Assembly: GCA_001779925.1 (NCBI GenBank)
Contig: MFEK01000010.1
Coordinates: forward strand, 19,377 to 83,376
Reading direction: 5' to 3'
From: Candidatus Doudnabacteria bacterium RIFCSPHIGHO2_01_FULL_46_14
GTDB taxonomy: Bacteria; Patescibacteriota; Doudnabacteria; UBA920; 2-01-FULL-46-14
Length of the DNA stretch: 64,000 nucleotides
Shown: positions 57,490 through 64,000 of the stretch, one piece after another
Layout: the number at the start of each line of letters is the position of its first letter
How positions within the stretch are numbered: the stretch's first letter is position 1
Translations under genes and position numbers: made by a program
The notes under the pieces: generated by a model
The model's database searches: none
What the model was told of the DNA's origin: nothing
Seen by the model: only the letters and a program-made list of their open reading frames with translations

Positions 57490-58746
57490 TCAGGGCAGGA
57501 ATTGCTTGAAAAACTTACGGATTTTCTCAATACTGGCATTCTGCAAAATATTGGAAGCAAATCGGCCCATACCGCTTCGGGAAGTTTCCAGATATTCAGC
57601 TGCCCAAAGCACTAGGCCGACAGCCGTGGCATAAGCCGGGTCGTCCACTCGGTCGATTATCGTAGAAATATTGAGGGGATAACCGATCTGTACAGGCAGA
57701 CGAAGTTCCTTTTTGGCCAGCTCCACAATGCCGGGGATTTTGGCGCCGCCGCCGGTCAAGAGAGCACCAGCCGGAAGTTGGCCGTCCCGGCCTACGGTTT
57801 TGAGCTCTTTGTTAACCATCGCAAAAATTTCTTCGAGGCGCGCGCTGATAATATCCGTGAGGTGATTGCGGGAAATCTGCCCTTCTTCATTTTTATCAAT
57901 CTTGGAGAGGTTGATGACCTCGTCTTTTTTCCCGGAGGCTGCCGGCAAAACCGCGCGGCCGTACTGAAGTTTTACAGTTTCCGCCACATCTACAGAGGTG
58001 CGCAAACCAATAGCAATGTCATTTGTAATGTGGTCTGCACCGACTGCCAAAATATTAGTATGCAAAAGTTCTGACTCTTCAAAAGCCACGATGCCTGTCG
58101 TGCCGCCCCCCAGCTCAATGAGCACCACACCCAGCTCTTTTTGACGGCGGGTCAAAACAGCTTGCGCTGAGGCCAGAGGGGCGAGTACTAGGTCGTCAAT
58201 ATCAATACCGGCCTGGATCACGCACTTGGTCAAATTCTTAATAAACGGAATCGAAGCCTGAATAATCTGTGCATCCACCTCAAGGCGAATCCCTGTCATG
58301 CCCACAGGGTCTTTGATCCCCGTCTGTCCGTCTACGGTAAAATCTTTAGGGATAACGTGCAGAATCTCGCGGTTGGTGGGAATCTGGATAGCCTGCGCCG
58401 CGTCGATCACACGCACCACATCATTTTCCGATATCTCCCCGTCGGCCCGCGCTACCGCAATCACTCCATGGCTCTCAAGCGACACCACATGCGCGCCACC
58501 CACAGACACGACCGCGTGTTCAGTGGGAATGCCGGTCATTCGTTCGGCTTTCTCCAGAGCCTTGGAAATCGAAGACACTGCCTCTTCAATATCCACAATA
58601 ACACCGCGTCGAATGCCCGAGGCTTTAGCCTCGCCGACTCCGATAATGCTAGGCGCTGTACCTTCGTTTTCTTTTTTACCGACCACCACGCGGATTACGG
58701 ATGTTCCAATATCCAAGCCGACAAGGATTTGATCAGACGAGGCCAT
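57490..58746 (-). CDS. ftsA: cell division protein FtsA
   Basis: GLDIGTS, DPVGMTGIRLE, ELGGGTT, LTGGGA. Confidence 0.97.
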   Translation of the reverse strand: MASSDQILVGLDIGTSVIRVVVGKKENEGTAPSIIGVGEAKASGIRRGVIVDIEEAVSSISKALEKAERMTGIPTEHAVVSVGGAHVVSLESHGVIAVARADGEISENDVVRVIDAAQAIQIPTNREILHVIPKDFTVDGQTGIKDPVGMTGIRLEVDAQIIQASIPFIKNLTKCVIQAGIDIDDLVLAPLASAQAVLTRRQKELGVVLIELGGGTTGIVAFEESELLHTNILAVGADHITNDIAIGLRTSVDVAETVKLQYGRAVLPAASGKKDEVINLSKIDKNEEGQISRNHLTDIISARLEEIFAMVNKELKTVGRDGQLPAGALLTGGGAKIPGIVELAKKELRLPVQIGYPLNISTIIDRVDDPAYATAVGLVLWAAEYLETSRSGMGRFASNILQNASIEKIRKFFKQFLP

Positions 58747-59196
58747 CTAAGATAATTTTTCTTTTAACTTTTGTGAAACAATTTGCCCGTTCGCTCGGCC
58801 GGCAATCTTGGGCATTAAAATCTTCATAACTTTGCCGAAATCCGCAGATGAGGAAGCTTTGGTTTCAGCCACGGACTCGTTAATGAGGGTTTGCAGTTCG
58901 CTGTCAGTGAGTTGGGCCGGCAAATACGCCTGAATGACCACAAGCTCCCCCTTTTCTTGCTCCACCAAATCAGGCCGATTGCCGGATGCAAATTGCGCGA
59001 TCGAGTCCTCATGCTTTTTTGCGCTCTGACTAAGAACCCGCATCACGTCTTCATCCGTAGCGGTTTTTTGCTTGTCGATTTCCAGGTTTTTTATCTCCGC
59101 GCTAATCATCCGCAAAACTGAAATCTTGCGCGTATTTTTTTGTTTCATCGCGTCTTTGATGTCAGAAGCGATCTGTTCCTTTAACGGCTTTTCCAT
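58747..59196 (-). CDS. GatB/YqeY domain protein
   Basis: AMKQK, YLPAQL, DFGKVMK. Confidence 0.92.
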   Translation of the reverse strand: MEKPLKEQIASDIKDAMKQKNTRKISVLRMISAEIKNLEIDKQKTATDEDVMRVLSQSAKKHEDSIAQFASGNRPDLVEQEKGELVVIQAYLPAQLTDSELQTLINESVAETKASSSADFGKVMKILMPKIAGRANGQIVSQKLKEKLS

Positions 59197-59417
59197 TTAT
59201 AGCTGACTGGTTTACCTAATTTCTTAAGATTTTCGCGCTCAGCCGTGAGCTCGGCGCGCCTCCGGGCACTAACGCGCGCCAGATTGCGCGATTTGGTCGG
59301 CGTATAAAACTGAATTTTTCTGGCGCGAACCAATACACCGCTTTGCTGGATTTTACGGTTAAAACGCCTCAAGAGGCTTTCAAACGATTCTCCGTCTTTC
59401 CGCTTTACTTCTACCAC
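59181..59417 (-). CDS. rpsU: 30S ribosomal protein S21
   Basis: VEVKRKDGESFESLLRRFNRKIQQSG. Confidence 0.88.
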   Translation of the reverse strand: MVEVKRKDGESFESLLRRFNRKIQQSGVLVRARKIQFYTPTKSRNLARVSARRRAELTAERENLKKLGKPVSYKWKSR

Positions 59418-59855
59418 TTTAAATTGAACACCCCCGATCTATAGATAAATTAAAAATCATCCTAAATTATAACATCGCCGGCTCAAATCTGCAAATCACG
59501 AACCGTCACAGTTTAGTGTCTTGGGAATAATTTTCTGGATGCAATTGTAACGGTAATCGCTCGACAAAAAACTAAATATGATCAACGGCTATATTTTTTT
59601 GTATCACCGGGAAGCTCCCGTAATCCACTGCACACCGCACCAAGCATATTATCCTCTCAAAAAAATGGGCCTTGCGCAAATCCAGGTTACAAAAACCCTG
59701 AATCCGGATTGACGATTCAGGGTACCGTATCCTCGAGGGTTTTGTCCAACCAAGTCAGGCTTGGTTCAACCCGCTAACCACGGTTGCTGGTCAAACCTTT
59801 CTCATCCATAAATTTATCCTAATCTCTAATCTCAGAGCGACTGCCTGACAATTGT

Positions 59856-61121
59856 TCACTTACCCAATCGCTTTTTGACCTCTTCGATGATCCGATCGAG
59901 GGCGAAGACTTCCTGCATGCCGGAACGCATATCGCGCAGAATCACGGTTTCGTCGATGGCCTCTTTCTGGCCGATGATCAGGGCGATCTCGCATTTCTTG
60001 GCTACTGCTTCTTTGAGCTGATTTTTGATGCTGGTATTGCCCAAAATCGCCTCGGCCGAAGAAATCCCGGAATGCTGCAGGTCACGGTGCAAAACCATGG
60101 CTTTGCGTGTTGCAATCGGTCCTAACGGCACCATAAAGACCTCGATCCTGGGCCCTGTTCTGCGACGTTCTTCCGGAACCGAATTCATAAGCTTCTCAAA
60201 AGTAGTAACAAATCCCATAATCGGCAAAACATCCTGGTAGCCAAGGATATTGGCCCAGGTGCTATAATTGCCGCCCTGGCCAATGACACCGCCAATGGCC
60301 TCGGGCGCGGTGATTTGGAACACTACTTTTTCCTGAACAAGCGACGCCTTGAGGACTGGGTTGAGCGTATAAGGAATGCCGAGATCATCAATGTCCTCCA
60401 GGACCCCCATGAGATTTGTTTTACAATTTTCATCAAGCGAATCCACAATCTGCGGGGCACCGGCCACGATCTCCTGACAGCCGGAATTATCGCAACGCCA
60501 AATCGCAATAGGATTCTTTTCCAAATCTGTTTCGCATCGGTCGCATAAACGCGGTGCCGCGTTTGTCAGATGGCTCTCCAGAAGCGCTCCATAATTTTTC
60601 TGGCAGAGTTTGCATCCCAAAGAATTCAGCTCGATCATAAATTCCGAAATACCAAGCTCGCGGAAAATCTCGGCCGTGGCGTTAATGAGCTGAGCGCCGG
60701 CCATGGACGTGTCTTCGCCGAGAATATAAAGTCCCAGTTCGTGACTCGCGCTGGGCTTGCTCCCAGGCAGGCTCACTATCGGAGACAAATGAAACCATTT
60801 GCTGACGTGCGGCCCGCGGGCGCGAACATTCTGCAAATAACGACGGATCACAGAAAACATATGAGTCGGTGCTAAAACAAAATCGCTTTCACCCGGTACG
60901 ATCTCTAGCAAATCTTCTCCGTAAAGCCTGACCAATTCCGGGTGTTTGCCAAAAATCTTTCTTTCCTCAACCGGGGATGGCAGGATCTGCTGAAAACCGA
61001 AATTGTTGATTACGCGATGCAGATTATCCAAAAATACATCGGGCTGAGGTGCTTCGGTGGGAACCACTGCGAGGGGCAAATGCTGAGTCTCTGCGCGCTT
61101 CTTTTTTTGCATGTTAATCAT
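59856..61121 (-). CDS. degenerate histidyl-tRNA synthetase paralogue
   Basis: HisRS architecture (LNSLGC..C, GQGGNY, C-terminal anticodon-binding domain ALIIGQKE...LRDM) but motif 2 and RGLDYY are eroded. Confidence 0.75.
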   Translation of the reverse strand: MINMQKKKRAETQHLPLAVVPTEAPQPDVFLDNLHRVINNFGFQQILPSPVEERKIFGKHPELVRLYGEDLLEIVPGESDFVLAPTHMFSVIRRYLQNVRARGPHVSKWFHLSPIVSLPGSKPSASHELGLYILGEDTSMAGAQLINATAEIFRELGISEFMIELNSLGCKLCQKNYGALLESHLTNAAPRLCDRCETDLEKNPIAIWRCDNSGCQEIVAGAPQIVDSLDENCKTNLMGVLEDIDDLGIPYTLNPVLKASLVQEKVVFQITAPEAIGGVIGQGGNYSTWANILGYQDVLPIMGFVTTFEKLMNSVPEERRRTGPRIEVFMVPLGPIATRKAMVLHRDLQHSGISSAEAILGNTSIKNQLKEAVAKKCEIALIIGQKEAIDETVILRDMRSGMQEVFALDRIIEEVKKRLGK

Positions 61122-61737
61122 TGTAAACTGGTGAGGGAATAAACAATTCTAACTCCTGTACGGGAAACAGGCGCAGGTATACCCGCCCGATAATATCATC
61201 CTTGGGCAGAATTCCCCAAACCCGCGAGTCCGAAGAAGAGAGGCGGTTATCTCCGAGGACGAAAAACTCATCCTCTTTCAATTTTCGGTCGATATTGCCG
61301 TAGGTAATATTCTGGCTCACAAGATATGGCTCTTCCAAGAGAATTCCGTCCTGGTTTTCGGAATTGTAAATCGTGACCCGGCCATCGCGGATCACGATGT
61401 GTTCGCTGGGCAAAGCCACGATGCGTTTGATGAAAAACTGCGAGGGGTCTTTGGGAAAACGCATCACGACCACCTCGCCGCGCGAAGGCTCTCGAAAACG
61501 GTAAGTCAGCTCGTCGATAATCAGGTAATTTCCGTCATGAAAATTCGGCCGCATGGAATCGCCCGTAACCACAAACGGCTGAAACAGAAAATAACGCACC
61601 GGAATAATGATGGCTACGGCCATCAGAAAGACTTTTAAAAAATCAAAAAAGAAATAACGCAGCGGCTCATGGCCATCTGCCGGCAAAGCAGACTGCGTTT
61701 CTTTTTGGGTGTCGTTATCGCTCGTGTTTTCCGACAT
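61114..61737 (-). CDS. lepB: signal peptidase I
   Basis: GDSMRP, FIKRI, LGDNR..SSDSR. Confidence 0.95.
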   Translation of the reverse strand: MSENTSDNDTQKETQSALPADGHEPLRYFFFDFLKVFLMAVAIIIPVRYFLFQPFVVTGDSMRPNFHDGNYLIIDELTYRFREPSRGEVVVMRFPKDPSQFFIKRIVALPSEHIVIRDGRVTIYNSENQDGILLEEPYLVSQNITYGNIDRKLKEDEFFVLGDNRLSSSDSRVWGILPKDDIIGRVYLRLFPVQELELFIPSPVYND

Positions 61738-61938
61738 ATATTTGATAAATTTATTTCGAAACGAAATTGCGTTCCTATACTATATCAGGAAAAAAAGGTA
61801 AATTCAAGGGCTACAATGCGCTTATTTATGCAATTTATCTGCCTTTTATCAGAGCAAACAAAAAAAACGCTCTGAAGCGTTGTGATTTTGTGCGCAAAAC
61901 CCTGCAGTCCCTGCGATACTTGTCCTGTTGCAATTTTC

Positions 61939-62199
61939 TGGTGGGCGCAGAAGGGATCGGGCCTTCGGCCTCGCCGACCAGCCTGACTGGACTTTGGAAT
62001 GGTGGACCCGAGTGGGTTCGAACCACTGGCCTTACGAATGTGAATCGTACGCTCTAACCAACTGAGCTACGGGTCCATTCAAAGTCGGGCAGGTGTGAAC
62101 GGCGCGCTCTACCACTGTCCGACCATAGTCGTCCGATCTCACATCGGACTCCGAAATCGGTCGGGAGGACTCCGACACGGGTCGGAGAGCTATGCGCCC
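61939..62199 (-). tRNA. outer interrupted tRNA-Val(CAC) (two insertions, degenerate T-loop; possible pseudogene)
   Basis: GGGCGCA-TA-GCTC[70 nt]AGTGGTA-GAGC-G-CGCCG-TTCACA[116 nt]T-CGGCG-AGGCC-GAAGG-CCCGATC-CCTTC-TGCGCCC-ACCA. Confidence 0.8.
62000..62076 (-). tRNA. inner intact tRNA-Val(CAC)
   Basis: GGACCCG-TA-GCTCAGTTGGTTAGAGC-G-TACGA-TTCACAT-TCGTA-AGGCC-AGTGG-TTCGAAC-CCACT-CGGGTCC-ACCA. Confidence 0.96.
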
Positions 62200-62253
62200 T
62201 TTGGAGTATTTAAATAATACCAAAAAGCGTGCTATTTTGCTATAATTGAATCC

Positions 62254-63639
62254 ATGCTTGATGCGATCAATCGCCCGAGTGGCTCGGGACAATTTTCTCC
62301 GGAACCGCCGCAGCGCAAGCGCTCGCGGTTTCGGCTTTATGCGATAATTTTCATGTTTTTGCTTTTGGCCAGCGGGATTTTCATGGGCAGTAAATTGGTA
62401 ATCTTTGCCCAGAAAATTTTCGAGGGACAAAAATTCTCATTCGGAAGGCTATTTATTTCCTCTGACAAACTCGTCATCGGGGAACAGCAGGGAGAAATAA
62501 AAATCCTGCTAATGGGTATTGCCGGCGGCAATCACGACGGAGCTACTCTCGCAGACACTATGATCTTGGCTACCCTCAAACCCTCGCAAAAAAAAGATGG
62601 AGGCGTTGCTGTCAGTTTATTTTCCATTCCGCGCGACCTTGCAGTCGAGGTCCCGGGATTTGGCATAAAAAAAATAAACTCTGCCTATGCCTATGGCGAA
62701 GCGGAAAACAAGCATGACGGACCAAATCTTGCCAGAAAAGCCGTGGAAGGATTTCTAGGCATTGATATTCCTTATTACGCGGTGATTGATTTTCAGGGCT
62801 TCAAACAAATCGTTGACCATGTGAACGGAATAAACGTGAATGTTGAAATGCCGTTCACTGACCGGGAATTTCCAGACGAAAAAGGCGGCTATCTGTCGCC
62901 TCTCGTTTTTGAAAAAGGGCAGCAAAGTATGGATGGTAGGCGCGCTCTACAGTTCGTGCGCTCCAGGCACGGCGACAATGGCCAGGGCTCGGATTTTGCG
63001 CGATCGCGCCGCCAGCAGATCGTGCTCAAATCTCTCAAGGACCGGGTCTTGCGCGTGAAGGTTCTGGCCAATTTTAACCTGGTCAGTAAACTCCTTGATG
63101 ACGTCTCCGATCATTTCCGCACTAACCTCGGGCCTGCGGAGCTGCGCCGGCTCTATGATCTCACCAAAGACGCTGAGCAGGAAAACATTCTTTCGCAAAG
63201 CCTTGATGACGAGAGCGGTCTTTTGTGCGATTATATTTCGCCGGAAGATGGGGCATATCTTTTGGTCCCCTGCCAAGGATTTGGCGATTTCTCAGCGATC
63301 CGGGAGTTCTGGAAAAATCAATTCGTAGACGCACGCCTGGCTAGCGAAAACCCACGGATCGAGATTCAAAACGCTGCTACTGGAGAACCACTAGCCGGCT
63401 ATACTGCCGGGCTTCTGAAAATGCCGCACGTCAAACCGATCCTTGGCAATTTCACCGGCGATGCTGTTTATGCCCAGAGCGTTATCTATGACAACACCGG
63501 CGGCAAAAAACCGCAAACGCTATCCTACCTGCAAGACACCCTAAAGATAAAAACCGCTTCTAGTCCGTTCCCCTTCAGCACACTGGCCACTGACGGCGCG
63601 GATTTTGTGATCATTGTGACCCCTGATATAAAAAGATGA
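62254..63639 (+). CDS. LCP (LytR-CpsA-Psr) family protein with LytR C-terminal domain
   Basis: ADTMIL, SIPRDL, KINSAY, ALQFVRSRH, SDFARSRRQQ. Confidence 0.93.
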   Translation: MLDAINRPSGSGQFSPEPPQRKRSRFRLYAIIFMFLLLASGIFMGSKLVIFAQKIFEGQKFSFGRLFISSDKLVIGEQQGEIKILLMGIAGGNHDGATLADTMILATLKPSQKKDGGVAVSLFSIPRDLAVEVPGFGIKKINSAYAYGEAENKHDGPNLARKAVEGFLGIDIPYYAVIDFQGFKQIVDHVNGINVNVEMPFTDREFPDEKGGYLSPLVFEKGQQSMDGRRALQFVRSRHGDNGQGSDFARSRRQQIVLKSLKDRVLRVKVLANFNLVSKLLDDVSDHFRTNLGPAELRRLYDLTKDAEQENILSQSLDDESGLLCDYISPEDGAYLLVPCQGFGDFSAIREFWKNQFVDARLASENPRIEIQNAATGEPLAGYTAGLLKMPHVKPILGNFTGDAVYAQSVIYDNTGGKKPQTLSYLQDTLKIKTASSPFPFSTLATDGADFVIIVTPDIKR

Positions 63640-63670
63640 TTTACCCGACTGAAATTTTTCTCTCTATATT

Positions 63671-64000
63671 ATGACAAAAATTAATAAAATTCCGGAAAAA
63701 TTTGGGCGGGTGAAAATTCTTCTAATAACGGGACTCGGCAATCCCGGTAAAAAATACGAACATACGCGCCACAACATCGGCTTTCGGGTGCTGGATGCGC
63801 TAGCGGACAAATTTTCCGCCGTATTTATTGACGAGGTAAAATTTAAATCCCAAACCTCGGCCTTTGATCACCAGACGACTCGGGTGATTTTGGCCAAACC
63901 GCAAACTTTCATGAACGATTCCGGAACTGCTGTGGCGGCCTTAAAAAACTTTTTCAAAATCCAAAACGATCATCTGCTGATTGTCCATGACGAAATGGAT
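63671..64000 (+). CDS. pth: peptidyl-tRNA hydrolase (3' truncated by window)
   Basis: Manual translation GLGNPGKKYEHTRHNIGF...LAKPQTFMNDSG...VHDEMD. Confidence 0.95.
   Translation, partial: MTKINKIPEKFGRVKILLITGLGNPGKKYEHTRHNIGFRVLDALADKFSAVFIDEVKFKSQTSAFDHQTTRVILAKPQTFMNDSGTAVAALKNFFKIQNDHLLIVHDEMD

Noticed and set aside
57477-57496. CCTTCGACTTCGCTCAGGGC overlapping the ftsA stop as another repeat family
   Set aside because: Only one copy in this window, so it cannot be supported as a repeat here.
61978-62093. Group I intron or archaeal BHB intron in the outer tRNA
   Set aside because: Too short for a group I core and filled by a tRNA; positions 32-35 do not pair with the insert end as a BHB requires.
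61835-62430. ORFs 61835-62026, 61767-62057 and 62032-62430
   Set aside because: They overlap the tRNA structures and have no protein motifs.

Overview
A gene-dense chromosomal segment that looks like a Patescibacteria (CPR) genome. This is inferred from the lepB-hisS-like-rpsU-yqeY-ftsA-ftsZ order, the short Rel protein, the split ComEC and the AT-rich SD-less leaders. Housekeeping genes include eno (partial), gpmI, asnS, obg, mutM, rel, ndk, comEC, hisS, ftsA, ftsZ, rpsU, lepB and pth (partial). The window also carries a complete de novo pyrimidine operon, a partial his cluster with a His-rich leader and a TrpR-like regulator, and an nrdR-nrdJ operon followed by B12-handling genes. Three signals stand out. 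(1) A GC-rich hairpin-plus-tail repeat occurs at about 19 loci. It brackets both DUF559 endonuclease genes in inverted orientation, appears as 'empty' doublets, and is translated in frame inside hisS, carA, carB, pyrD, nrdJ, comEC and a nucleotidyltransferase. This is a candidate REP/RAYT-like system with a different nuclease. (2) An intact tRNA-Val(CAC) is nested inside the anticodon loop of a second, doubly interrupted tRNA-Val(CAC). (3) Two toxin-antitoxin cassettes each lie between duplicated 3' ends of a housekeeping gene (rel and ftsZ), with no integrase nearby. All calls come from reading the sequence and ORF track; no searches or folding programs were run.
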